Position numbers and translations under genes: made by a program. A DNA stretch of 64,000 nt from assembly GCF_900538385.1 (NCBI RefSeq), contig NZ_UWSO01000004.1, one strand, 5' to 3'. The notes under the pieces were generated by a model. It did no database searches, was not told the origin of the DNA, and saw only the letters and a program-made list of their open reading frames with translations. Shown one piece after another: positions 49,201 to 57,817 of the stretch; position 1 is the stretch's first letter; each line of letters opens with the position of its first letter. The DNA is from an uncultured Porphyromonas sp. (GTDB lineage: Bacteria; Bacteroidota; Bacteroidia; Bacteroidales; Porphyromonadaceae).

Positions 49201-49359
49201 ACTCCCCACGCTGTCGTGGAGCTATATGCGCTAGATGGTACGCTCCTACAGAGCGCACGTGCTGACCAAAGTGGTGAGCTGCGACTCAGCATCGCAGAGC
49301 TACCCACGGGGAGCTACCTACTCTCTGTCGATGGCGAGGCAAACAAGGTAATCCTCTAG
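46276..49359 (+). CDS. large leucine-rich-repeat surface protein with an internal ~311-aa tandem duplication and a T9SS C-terminal domain
   Basis: Signal 'LLLLLLVLCLPAMGHA'. The module 'LGEPTIRLTTS...IDWGDGTL...(LRRs)...ATDKGW.IDI' occurs twice, with nt copies at about 46381 and 47313. The C-terminus is 'LPTGSYLLSVDGEANKVIL'. Confidence 0.75.
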   Translation: MKRLTPLLLLLLVLCLPAMGHASESPFASGDGLRELGEPTIRLTTSGAVGTNYSFTIIGGTTPIQIDWGDGTLVSPTSTMVKGKKAGDEIKIYGDCLSFLATGAKITAITIDAPAMGMLSLADNELTTLDLSKTPAIESLNLQNNKLTSLDLHGLVSITTLNVKQNNLESLNLSGLNKLKRLIASDNPALTSLEASTLTSLSSVRAENCALEQVSLPASITEFYAKGNKLTKLGEGAVSFPKLQRLRLPNNQITEFTVGECPLLNDLELDGNKLTSLTLGSLPALKTLYLQKNLLSADALNKVYNALPSVSGTIKVAENPGAEKAYGYIATDKGWKIDILGQENNLGEPTIRLTTSTEIGTDCSFRIMGDGSTPIQIDWGDGTLTTVSPTSPAAKGKKAGEEIKIYGNCSVLMAPGANITSIAINSEQLGMLSLENNELTTLDHVNAPNLGILKIQNNKLTSFHYKELKSLSTVDLRRNDLETIELRGLDKLKNLDVSYNARLSVIDGSIMPSLTSIKADSCALEQVALPEQIAEFYAKANKLTKIGEGAVAYPKLLRLRLQGNDFAELTFGECPLLNDLELEGNKLTALTLGTLPSLRTLFLQENLLSADALNKVYNALPTLSGTIKVADNPGAEKALGYIATERGWEIDIPGQKSQDPDPVITIKTKPDKEINLGLSGFAAESKVQIETDEGVVVEKTITSGVPPIEKYKSTRGLIRIIGLVHTIDCSENGSIAYDIDASQSPKLVKFYALHNTMTSVNVKGCADLTFINCAGSELPEIDLSDCKQLETVWLPGNKMISIDLTGLTNLQELSLERNLLTEIHGLSDCTKLTELNVAENELTTLVLTGLSSLNKLDCRENKLTALDLSSCTALTEAFCYKNAIKEPAMKQLFESLPTRSASERGELYAIDSSEQSEENEVNDADVKIATDKSWLVYDYKNYDNSGKNPLANAPVVSADHYRLMITGDYIEITQTTPHAVVELYALDGTLLQSARADQSGELRLSIAELPTGSYLLSVDGEANKVIL

Positions 49360-49423
49360 CGACTGCCACCGTGTCTGACGGGGGGCTCCAAAGAGAGCCT
49401 CCACCAGAGACACTATATAATAT

Positions 49424-49485
49424 AAGAGGACTCTCCCAGCAGCAGGTCGTATGGCCTAACGCTGAGGGAGTCCTCTTATTCGTTA
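49424..49485 (+). terminator. putative terminator hairpin after the 46276..49359 gene
   Basis: 'aagaggactctccc...gggagtcctctt' followed by 'attcgtt'. The loop is long. Confidence 0.35.
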
Positions 49486-49509
49486 TCGTATGCTTATGAT
49501 GCTGCCACT

Positions 49510-49557
49510 GCAGAGACGTATTTCCCATTCCAAAATTTATTGTACCTTTGCTTCCAC
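49510..49557 (+). promoter_or_regulatory. Bacteroidetes-type promoter (-7 box) for tRNA-Gly
   Basis: 'atttattgTACCTTTGc' at 49543..49550, 74 nt upstream of the tRNA. Confidence 0.45.
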
Positions 49558-49623
49558 AATCCGAGGGGCGATTATGTGACTATGATCGCGTAGTCGCAGG
49601 ATAGCAATCCGAGGAGGTAACAT

Positions 49624-49696
49624 GCGGAAATAGCTCAGTTGGTAGAGCATCAGCTTCCCAAGCTGAGGGTCGCGAGTTCGAGCCTCGTTTTCCGCT
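49624..49696 (+). tRNA. tRNA-Gly (anticodon CCC)
   Basis: gcggaaa-ta-gctc-agttggta-gagc-a-tcagc-ttCCCaa-gctga-gggtc-gcgag-ttcgagc-ctcgt-tttccgc-t forms a canonical cloverleaf. Confidence 0.85.
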
Positions 49697-49890
49697 CTAT
49701 AAAAGATTGGACGGTGCTTAGGTGCCGTCCTTTTTTCGTTTCTTATAGCGACGTTTGGGTACTTCTGCGGATCGGTATACCGATGTTTTTCGGACGATTG
49801 CGAGGGTATTTGTTTGCCAGTAGTATATTTTAGCGTAACTTTGTGGCAATCTAGACTACGTGAAATAATAACGATATATCAAATATACTC

Positions 49891-52821
49891 ATGCAGAACA
49901 AAGGATTTGTGATCCTCTTCGCCTCTCTACTGACGATCATCTGCGCTTTCTACATCTCCTTTACCCCAGTGGTAAGGCACTACGATCAGAAGGCGCTGGC
50001 GATGACCGCAGCTGGCGAGGATGGCAAAGCGTATCTCGACTCAATGGCCAACGAGAAGGTGTGGTTTGGCTACACGCTCAAGAAAGCCCGCAACCAGCAG
50101 ATAGGTCTCGGACTAGACCTCAAGGGCGGTATGAACGTCGTCCTCAAGGTCAATGGACGTGATCTCCTGCGCAACCTCTCAGGACATAACCAGTCGCCAG
50201 CCTTCATCGAGGCTATCGATAGGGCTGCCAAGGAAGGCGCCAATGACTTCGTCGGGACTTTCGTAAAGGCTTACAAAGAGCTCGAGCCCTCAGGCTCGCT
50301 CGCGGTAATCTTTAGCAATGGTCCCCTCCGTGATGTCATCTCGCCTAAGTCTAGCGACCAGGAGGTTATCAAGGTGCTTCAGGAGAAGTACAGCAGTGCT
50401 ATCGACGCTGCTATCAACGTCCTCAAGACTCGTATCGACCGCTTTGGTGTCGTCGCTCCAAACGTACAGCGCATCGAGGGCCAGGGACGTATCCTCGTCG
50501 AGCTACCAGGTGTCACCGAGCCTCAGCGTGTTCGTGAGCTACTGCAGCGCAGTGCTAACCTACAGTTCTGGCGCACCTACACCTATGATGAGATTGCTAG
50601 CGACCTCGTCGACGCTAATAATCGTCTCACCGCTATGGCAAACGGCAACGACCTGACGCCTGCCGATACGGCTACTACGGCAGCTGACTCGACCGCTACG
50701 GTGGCTGACTCTACAGCAGTACAGACGCCAGCTTCCACAGGTGTAGAGAATGTCCTCTTTAGCAAGCTCAACGTCACCAATCGTGGTACCATCGTCGGCT
50801 ACGCTCGTCGTGCAGATCTAGACAAGATCGATGAAATGCTCGAGGAGGCTCAGAAGCAAAAGATGATCCGTGAGGATCTGATGCTCCTCTGGAGCAACTC
50901 GCCTATCAAAGATCCACAGTCTGGCAAGGAGACAGACATCTACGAGCTTTACGCTATCCGTGGTAACCGCAATGCACTCCCCGATCTAGGTGGTGAGGTG
51001 GTCACCTCGGCACGTAGTGAGGTGCGCAACGACCTAGGTCAGAACCGTCCCGTCGTCACCATGACGATGAATGATGAGGGTGCTCGTAAGTGGGCTCGCC
51101 TGACCGGTGACAACATCGGTCGAAACATCGCTATCGTCCTCGATGGTGTCGTCTACTCAGCACCTAATGTCAATAACGAGATCACGGGCGGACGCTCTGA
51201 GATCTCGGGTCACTTCACCGTCGATGAGACGACCGACCTTGCTAACGTCCTCAACTCTGGACGTATGGAGGCTTCTGTCGAGATCGAGCAGGAGAGTGTC
51301 GTCGGACCAACGCTTGGTAGTGAGTCCATCAAGGCTGGTATCATCTCCTTTATCATTGCGATCATCCTGCTGATGATCTACATGTGCCTCGCTTACGGCC
51401 TCATCCCAGGTCTTATTGCCGATGGTGCTCTGATCCTCAACAGCTTCTTCACCCTCGGTGTCCTTGCCTCTTTCCACAGTGTCTTGACGCTGTCCGGTAT
51501 TGCGGGACTTGTGCTGACGCTCGGTATGGCGGTGGATGCTAACATTCTGATCTTCGAGCGTATCAAGGAAGAGCTACGTGCTGGCAAGTCTATGACGCGT
51601 GCTATACAAGACGGTTACGGCAATGCCTTCTCAGCAATCTTTGACTCCAACCTCACGACCGTCATCACGGGTGGTGTGCTCTATGCCTTTGGTACAGGTC
51701 CTATCCGTGGCTTCGCTACGACGCTCATCATCGGTGTCATCGCTTCCTTTATCACGGCAGTCTTCTTGACACGTATCGTCGTTGAGGCGCTTGATAAGAA
51801 GGGACGTATGGACAAGGTTACCTATACAACTTTCCTCACACGCAACCTGCTAAACAACCCCACCTACAAGATCCTGGAGAACCGCAACAAGGGCTTCATC
51901 ATCTTTGGCTCTATCCTCGTGCTCGGTCTCATTGGCTCGTTCGTATGGGGTCTCAATAGAGGTATCGAGTTCTCAGGCGGTCGCAACTATATCGTTGCCT
52001 TTGAGCAGCCTGTCTCTTCGGCTGAGGTACGTGAGGCTCTGACGAAGCCCCTAGAGGAGCATGTCCTCGTCACCTCTATCGGTACGGAGGGCAATCAGGT
52101 TCGTATCTCGACCAACTATGGTATCGGTATGACTCAGGAGAGCGAAGACGAGGAGCTACTCGTCATCGGTAAGGTCTTCGAGGGCGTACAGAAGTTCCTA
52201 CCACAGGGCACGACCCAGCAGCAGTTTGTCGACAACTATGTCGTCAGCTCACAGCGTGTCAGCCCAAGTATGTCTAAGGATATCTCTCGTCAGGCTATCA
52301 TAGCGGTGCTCCTCTCCCTGATCTTCATGGGACTGTACATCTTGCTTCGCTTCCGCAACTGGGCCTTCTCGCTAGGAGCTTTTGCCTCTGTGGCTACCAC
52401 CACGCTACTCATTGTGTCTAGCTACATACTGCTCTGGCAGATCATGCCCTTCACGATGGAGCTCGATCAAAACTTCATCGCAGCGCTGCTAGCGATCATC
52501 GGATACTCGATCAACGATGTGGTCGTCGTCTTCGACCGTGTCCGTGAGACGCTACACAACTATCCCAACCGTGAGGAGAAGCTTGTGATGAACGATGCGC
52601 TCAATAGCACGCTAGCTCGTACCGTACAGACGACCTTCTCGACCTTCCTAGTGGTCTTCATCATCTTCCTACTCGGTGGAGCCTCTATGCGTAGCTTTAC
52701 CTTTGCGCTACTCATCGGTATCGTTTACGGTATCTTCTGTACGCTCTTTGTCGCATCGCCTATTGCCTACCTAGTACGCAATAAGCAGCAACAGAGGAAG
52801 CTCGCAGCAGCTAAGAAGTAA
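49891..52821 (+). CDS. secDF: protein translocase subunit SecDF (fused)
   Basis: 976 aa with two 6-TM blocks, a periplasmic P1 domain, and the fusion arrangement typical of Bacteroidetes. Confidence 0.9.
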   Translation: MQNKGFVILFASLLTIICAFYISFTPVVRHYDQKALAMTAAGEDGKAYLDSMANEKVWFGYTLKKARNQQIGLGLDLKGGMNVVLKVNGRDLLRNLSGHNQSPAFIEAIDRAAKEGANDFVGTFVKAYKELEPSGSLAVIFSNGPLRDVISPKSSDQEVIKVLQEKYSSAIDAAINVLKTRIDRFGVVAPNVQRIEGQGRILVELPGVTEPQRVRELLQRSANLQFWRTYTYDEIASDLVDANNRLTAMANGNDLTPADTATTAADSTATVADSTAVQTPASTGVENVLFSKLNVTNRGTIVGYARRADLDKIDEMLEEAQKQKMIREDLMLLWSNSPIKDPQSGKETDIYELYAIRGNRNALPDLGGEVVTSARSEVRNDLGQNRPVVTMTMNDEGARKWARLTGDNIGRNIAIVLDGVVYSAPNVNNEITGGRSEISGHFTVDETTDLANVLNSGRMEASVEIEQESVVGPTLGSESIKAGIISFIIAIILLMIYMCLAYGLIPGLIADGALILNSFFTLGVLASFHSVLTLSGIAGLVLTLGMAVDANILIFERIKEELRAGKSMTRAIQDGYGNAFSAIFDSNLTTVITGGVLYAFGTGPIRGFATTLIIGVIASFITAVFLTRIVVEALDKKGRMDKVTYTTFLTRNLLNNPTYKILENRNKGFIIFGSILVLGLIGSFVWGLNRGIEFSGGRNYIVAFEQPVSSAEVREALTKPLEEHVLVTSIGTEGNQVRISTNYGIGMTQESEDEELLVIGKVFEGVQKFLPQGTTQQQFVDNYVVSSQRVSPSMSKDISRQAIIAVLLSLIFMGLYILLRFRNWAFSLGAFASVATTTLLIVSSYILLWQIMPFTMELDQNFIAALLAIIGYSINDVVVVFDRVRETLHNYPNREEKLVMNDALNSTLARTVQTTFSTFLVVFIIFLLGGASMRSFTFALLIGIVYGIFCTLFVASPIAYLVRNKQQQRKLAAAKK

Positions 52822-52856
52822 GCTTTCCCCTACTCGCTCTCCAGTTAGAGCGGTAG

Positions 52857-52908
52857 TAAAAAAATCGGAGCCTATCCACCATCGTGTGGGTAGGCTCCGA
52901 TTTTTTTA
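52857..52908. terminator. strong rho-independent terminator after secDF (A-tract, hairpin, T-tract; potentially bidirectional)
   Basis: 'gtaaaaaaatcggagcctatccacc atcgtg tgggtaggctccgatttttttac'. Confidence 0.7.
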
Positions 52909-52928
52909 CGCCGCCGACCGCACCGACC

Positions 52929-53150
52929 GTGAAACCCGCTGTGCGGACGCACGGGGCGTGTAAACCTCATCGACCAACCCACGTCGCCTTGTAGGGACGC
53001 TCGGTCTGAGCGTCCGTTGTATCAAAGCGAGACGTGTAACGATTTGTAGGGACGCTCGGTCTGAGCGTCCGTTGTGTCAAATGTTACAGCGTCATGGTTT
53101 TAACGGAAACGGACGCACAGACCGTGCGTCCCTACAGGAGTCGTTTCCGT
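52929..53150. repeat. family B palindromic element copy 2 (contains a tandem internal duplication)
   Basis: 'gtagggacgctcggtctgagcgtccgttgt' occurs twice in tandem. It closes with 'acggacgcacagaccgtgcgtccctacagg', the reverse complement of the family B TIR. Confidence 0.7.
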
Positions 53151-53221
53151 GGTTCCGCACACCAGACTACAGGTTTCACCACTCGTCGTCCCGACGACTT
53201 CCCGATTCCTCTGGAACTATT

Positions 53222-53410
53222 TTGGGATTTCTTCCGTGGATATTTTTTATTTCCCAGGGAGGAAAGGAAAAATTCTTCGGACTTATCGTTTGATTCTTCC
53301 GAAGTATCATTTGATTCTTCCGAGGAAATTTTTCTTGCCCTCGTGGAAAATCAAAAATATCCCCATGGAGAATCGAAAATATCCACCGAGGCATCCCGAA
53401 GACCCTCGTG
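53222..53410 (+). repeat. family A repeat copy 4
   Basis: 'gatttcttccgtggatattttttatttcccagggaggaaaggaaaaattcttcggacttatcgtttgattcttccgaagtatcatttgattcttccgagg...'. Artefactual ORFs 53072..53522 lie inside it. Confidence 0.75.
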
Positions 53411-53514
53411 CGTTACGGACTTGCTAGCTGTTGAGAGACTATGTGTAGAGGCTGTTTTTGATCAAAATTCCATCGGGCGAAATGTTAACGATCGATTTTG
53501 TCAAAAAGAAAACC

Positions 53515-53561
53515 GATTTTGACAAACGGGGGGGGGGGATTTTACATACCTTTGCATCAAA
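53515..53561 (+). promoter_or_regulatory. Bacteroidetes-type promoter (-33 TTTG, G11 spacer, -7 TACCTTTG) of the Mfa-like pilus operon
   Basis: 'cgaTTTGacaaacG11attttacaTACCTTTGcatc'. The -7 box is 46 nt upstream of the ATG at 53600. Confidence 0.45.
53528..53538. repeat. homopolymeric G11 tract inside the promoter spacer of the type V pilus operon
   Basis: 'caaac ggggggggggg attttacatacctttg'. It lies between a TTTG at 53518 and the -7 box at 53547. Confidence 0.9.
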
Positions 53562-53599
53562 GATTCAACAGCTTTATAAACAATCAAACCAATTCAACT

Positions 53600-55135
53600 A
53601 TGAAAAAGTTTCTTTATGCAACGTTGGCTCTCGCCGCAGTTCTGCTCTTCGCAAGCTGCAAGAACGACAAGAACCAACCCAATGATCAGGAGAAGGCTGA
53701 TGCTTTCATCTCCTTTACTTTCAACCTACCACAAGGTGGTACAAGAGCTGAGGCTGGCAATGTCGCTGGTGCAAACGCTGGCGATACTTTCGTTGGTACT
53801 GCTGATGAGCAGGCTATCAAGGAGGTCCGCGTCGTACTTTACGATCCAAATGAAGGCATAGTTAAGTACGCCCTTACTTACAACATCACAGCAACAGGTG
53901 GTCAGGCACCTACAGGAGATGGTCTTGCTGACGCCCCAGCTAGCGCAGCTACAGCAGCTAACTTTACCACAAAAGCTGAGCAGGTCGTAAGTCAAGACTA
54001 TCAGATGCTTGCTATCATCAATCCAACATCTGATGTCATCGCAGCTACCGCAGAGGGTAAGTACCTCAAGGATGCTCAGGCTGCTCTTGAGTCAACCGTC
54101 AAAGATCTATCTGCAGATGGTAAGGCTATCCTGATGTCTAACGATCGTGGCCTCGTTAAGGTTGCACCTGCTGATATGAAGGCTGCTGCAGCTGATGCCG
54201 AGGGTCATCCGATCAAGGTAAATGTAGATCGTATCCTCGCCAAGGTATACGTGGGTGGTACACCAGATCTTCCTGCTGGTGTTACATTCTCCGACACCAA
54301 GTGGGAGCTCAATACGACCAACAAGAAGACCTTTATCTATCGTCAGTTTGCCCAGGTTACGACTGGCTTAGATCAGTTTGCCCCTGAGACGGTAGATAAC
54401 AATACTGATCGCTTCGCTCGCTACGCTAAGGATCCTAACTACCTAGCTGGTGAATTTAACGAGGCAGACTTCAACTACAAGAAGGATGTCGACGTTCTCG
54501 CTAACGAGTGGGGCTTTGAAGACACTAAGGGTCAGTACTGCCTTGAGAACACGATGGATGCTGGTCAGCAGCTAAACAACCAGACTACTTCATTTATCCT
54601 GAGCGGTACCTGGAAGCCTGCAGACCATGACGGCATTTCCTTTACAAAGGGTCAGACTTGGTACAGCTATATGGGCTTTACCTTTACTGTGGCAAAGATG
54701 AAAGAGTACATCGGTATCGTAACTGATGCATCAAAAGCTGCCGAGAAAGAGATTGTTGGCACGCCAGCAGGCTTCAAGGCTGCTCTTAAGACTCTTGTAG
54801 AGGATGCTAACAGCCCAGTTGACAAGACTGAGGGAACCATCACTAAGTCTTTTGTCGCTCACAACTTCAAGGGCTATAAGGATGGTGTTTGCTACTACCA
54901 GACGAACTTAATCCGTCACTTCAACGATACTCAGTCTAGCAAGGATATGGGTTACGGTCGCTACGGTGTAGTTCGTAACAACATCTACAAGGTTACGATC
55001 AAGAAGATCTCACAACCAGGTGAGCCTACAATTGTTCCTGAAAAGCCTAATCCAGATGATCCAACGAAGCTATTCGTAGCCTTCGATATTACGATCAATC
55101 CTTGGATTGTTCGTACACAGGAGATTTCTCTATAA
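53600..55135 (+). CDS. type V pilus major subunit (Mfa1/FimA-family fimbrillin lipoprotein)
   Basis: Lipoprotein signal 'LLFASC'. 'ISFTFNLPQGGTR-AEAG' parallels the FimA/Mfa1 N-terminal strand and Arg maturation site. The C-terminus 'ITINPWIVRTQEISL' resembles the donor-strand region of type V pilins. 511 aa is Mfa1-like. Confidence 0.65.
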   Translation: MKKFLYATLALAAVLLFASCKNDKNQPNDQEKADAFISFTFNLPQGGTRAEAGNVAGANAGDTFVGTADEQAIKEVRVVLYDPNEGIVKYALTYNITATGGQAPTGDGLADAPASAATAANFTTKAEQVVSQDYQMLAIINPTSDVIAATAEGKYLKDAQAALESTVKDLSADGKAILMSNDRGLVKVAPADMKAAAADAEGHPIKVNVDRILAKVYVGGTPDLPAGVTFSDTKWELNTTNKKTFIYRQFAQVTTGLDQFAPETVDNNTDRFARYAKDPNYLAGEFNEADFNYKKDVDVLANEWGFEDTKGQYCLENTMDAGQQLNNQTTSFILSGTWKPADHDGISFTKGQTWYSYMGFTFTVAKMKEYIGIVTDASKAAEKEIVGTPAGFKAALKTLVEDANSPVDKTEGTITKSFVAHNFKGYKDGVCYYQTNLIRHFNDTQSSKDMGYGRYGVVRNNIYKVTIKKISQPGEPTIVPEKPNPDDPTKLFVAFDITINPWIVRTQEISL

Positions 55136-55165
55136 TCCCTGAGTACACTTTGCTTGTCGATTAGC

Positions 55166-55333
55166 GAGACGTGTAACCCGCTGTAGGGACGTACGAGACG
55201 TGTAACGATTTGTAGGGACGCTCGGTCTGAGCGTCCGTTGCATCAAAGGTTACAGCGTCAAGGATTTAACGAGAACGGACGCACAGACCGTGCGTCCCTA
55301 CAAAGGGTTACACGTTTGAGCGGGTTACACGTC
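55166..55333. repeat. family B palindromic element copy 3
   Basis: The outer TIR gacgtgtaacccgct / agcgggttacacgtc is perfect. The internal 'gtagggacgctcggtctgagcgtccgttg' and 'acggacgcacagaccgtgcgtccctaca' match the family. Confidence 0.75.
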
Positions 55334-55414
55334 ATCGACAGCAATACTATCCTATGAGGGGTTGAATGTTCCCCTCATAGGAACTATTCACACAAAAGAG
55401 GTCTAAGACTCACG

Positions 55415-56416
55415 TTGACTATGGTACCACATACGCTATCTCGATCGAGACTATTATATATAGGAGTCATGCTCCTGCTGAGCTGGAGCTTCGTCTCTTG
55501 TGACAAGTGCATCTATGAGGATCTGTCCACCTGCCCGCTCCGTGTGCAGCTACGCTACGACTACAATATGCAGTACGTAGATCGCTGGCATCGCGAGGCA
55601 GAGGATGTGCATCTCTACATCTTCGACAAGACAGGGCACCTGGTCTCGGAGATGACTGATGCGGCTGCACCCTATGCTGAGGGGCAGACCTTCGAGCTAC
55701 AGCTCGCCCCGGGCGACTACTCCATCGTAGCGCTCTGCGGCCACCGTATGGGTACCCTCTATCAGGAGAGCAAGCTACAGGTCGGCACCTCGACCATGCA
55801 GGATCTGCTCATACAACTCTCGAGAGCTGAGGACAAGCGGATCGCCGCTGAGCTGCCACCACTACTCTATGGTATCTCCAAGGAGGTCCAGGTGCTGGGC
55901 GATGGCAGCCGGCTCATCGTCGTGCCGATGGCTAAGTGGACCAACAGTATACGCCTCGTCATGCAGGATCTCTCTGAGGGTGGCAAGTCTAACATTAAGG
56001 TCGACAACTACGACTTTAAGATTACCGCTCCCAACGGTCGCTACAACGGCGCTGGCGAAGTACTCACCGACGACGTACTCACCTACACCCCGTACTATGC
56101 TGAGCAGGTCAAGGGGTCGGGCGGTATCGCTGTCGAGCTCAACACCCTCCGCCTACTGACCAACCAGGATCAGCGACTTATCATCACCGAGCGCGCTACG
56201 GGCGATGAGCTCCTCAACATAGATCTGCTGTCGCTACTGCTGCAGACGAAGTTCTACGCGAACAACAAGCTCTCCGATCAGGAGTACCTCGACCGTGAGG
56301 ATCACTACGCCGTCATCTTCGCTTTCGATGGTCGCCCCGTGACGCGAGAGACTTTCCTAGCGGTGAACGTATGGATCAATGGCTGGCTCATCCGTGAGCA
56401 AGACCATAATATATAA
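55415..56416 (+). CDS. type V pilus anchor-like subunit (Mfa2/FimB-family lipoprotein)
   Basis: 333 aa with lipoprotein signal 'LLSWSFVSC' and a pilin-like C-terminal strand 'VNVWINGWLIREQ'. Its position is second in the operon. Confidence 0.55.
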   Translation: MTMVPHTLSRSRLLYIGVMLLLSWSFVSCDKCIYEDLSTCPLRVQLRYDYNMQYVDRWHREAEDVHLYIFDKTGHLVSEMTDAAAPYAEGQTFELQLAPGDYSIVALCGHRMGTLYQESKLQVGTSTMQDLLIQLSRAEDKRIAAELPPLLYGISKEVQVLGDGSRLIVVPMAKWTNSIRLVMQDLSEGGKSNIKVDNYDFKITAPNGRYNGAGEVLTDDVLTYTPYYAEQVKGSGGIAVELNTLRLLTNQDQRLIITERATGDELLNIDLLSLLLQTKFYANNKLSDQEYLDREDHYAVIFAFDGRPVTRETFLAVNVWINGWLIREQDHNI

Positions 56417-56444
56417 TGTGTCTAACCTCTCGAGCTACAAAGCC

Positions 56445-57758
56445 ATGACGAAATGCAATCTATATAGCATACAAGGAGGCTCCCGCACGATCCTTGCGTG
56501 GCTGCTCTCCGCGGTGCTCCTGCTGACGGGGCTAACTAGCTGCGTCAAGGAGGATCCATCCGCCTGTCCGCCTGGTCAGGGGGACTTCTACCTCTCGATG
56601 AGCGTGGCGCCGCAGTCGACCTTCCGTCAGGGGGAGGTGCCTCTGTCTGAGCTACAGGAGAAGCTCAAAAATGCAGAGAATAAGGTCAAGTCTGTACGTG
56701 TCCTCGTCTTCGACCACAATACGGGCGAGTGTCTAGTCAACCAAGTCTTAGGAGGCTATACACAGCCTAAGGACAATGTCACTCCTTGGAGTCACCCAGT
56801 GATGATCCCGAAAGGGATCCAAAGCTTTGACTTCTACTTCGTCGCCAATGAGGCTTCCAAAACCTACAACCTGACGACAGCCCTGCAGGGTGTCACCGAA
56901 CGGGGGCAGCTCTACTCGCTCTCTGGGTTGACGCAGATCCCCTGGCAACCGGAGTTTCTCCCCAGCTTAGCGGATGGTGGTAGCGGTGAGGACGACCTCA
57001 TCCCGATGACCGCCATCTGTCCCAACGTCAGCATCGATGCCATCAAGCAGATGCTCGGAAAGGGCACCGAGCCAGACCCATACCGCTTCCTAGCCACACC
57101 GACGGAGCGACATCCCGTGCGTCTGACGCGTGTCCTGGCGCGTATCGACATCACGATGCCCGACATGATTGCCAACAGCGTGCTGGGCGACCCCACCTCG
57201 GATCAGGTGCTTGTGCTGGACTATATAGAGGACTTTCAGATGGCTCTATATAATGTACCTCGTTACTTCGCTCTCTTCGCCTCTCGCTACTACGACGAGA
57301 ACCAGTGGACCACAACGCTCTACAATCCTATCAACTCCAACTACTACCGGGCTCCTCAGGACGGGCAGGACTGCTACTATATAGAGCGGGACAAGAACAA
57401 GGTGCGTCGCAATATGATTAGCACTGAAAGCGCCGGTCAAGCTATCGGTGAGCTCAGGACATCCGACTACTACACGACGCTCTACGTACCGGAGTTTATC
57501 CGCCAGACGAGTGCCGATGCGGGGCTAACGCCCGACCAATTGGCAGCGATGCAGCTCAGGCTCACCTTCCAGGTCAATGATTGGGACCCCAAGCACCGCA
57601 ATGGCTATCAAGTAACCAGGCACCCGCTCGTCGACAAGTTTGACGACCGCAACACGGAAGAAACTGGTCAGCTTGCAGCACAGAATGCGGGCGTGAGCAC
57701 CTACTCCGTCATCCGCAATACTTGGTACCAGATCAAGATCACGCAGGTAGACTTCTAG
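56445..57758 (+). CDS. type V pilus accessory subunit (Mfa3-like lipoprotein)
   Basis: 437 aa from the ATG at 56445. Lipoprotein signal 'LLLTGLTSC' and C-terminal 'NTWYQIKITQVDF'. Confidence 0.5.
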   Translation: MTKCNLYSIQGGSRTILAWLLSAVLLLTGLTSCVKEDPSACPPGQGDFYLSMSVAPQSTFRQGEVPLSELQEKLKNAENKVKSVRVLVFDHNTGECLVNQVLGGYTQPKDNVTPWSHPVMIPKGIQSFDFYFVANEASKTYNLTTALQGVTERGQLYSLSGLTQIPWQPEFLPSLADGGSGEDDLIPMTAICPNVSIDAIKQMLGKGTEPDPYRFLATPTERHPVRLTRVLARIDITMPDMIANSVLGDPTSDQVLVLDYIEDFQMALYNVPRYFALFASRYYDENQWTTTLYNPINSNYYRAPQDGQDCYYIERDKNKVRRNMISTESAGQAIGELRTSDYYTTLYVPEFIRQTSADAGLTPDQLAAMQLRLTFQVNDWDPKHRNGYQVTRHPLVDKFDDRNTEETGQLAAQNAGVSTYSVIRNTWYQIKITQVDF

Positions 57759-57817
57759 TTTCGTGTCCCAATGCCGCACTCTCTCCCCTTACCCATCTAT
57801 CTTATGTCCCATACGCT

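Noticed and set aside
49639-49833. ORF 49639..49833 (+) overlapping tRNA-Gly
   Set aside because: It begins inside the tRNA and runs through the terminator and promoter region of secDF, so it is not coding.
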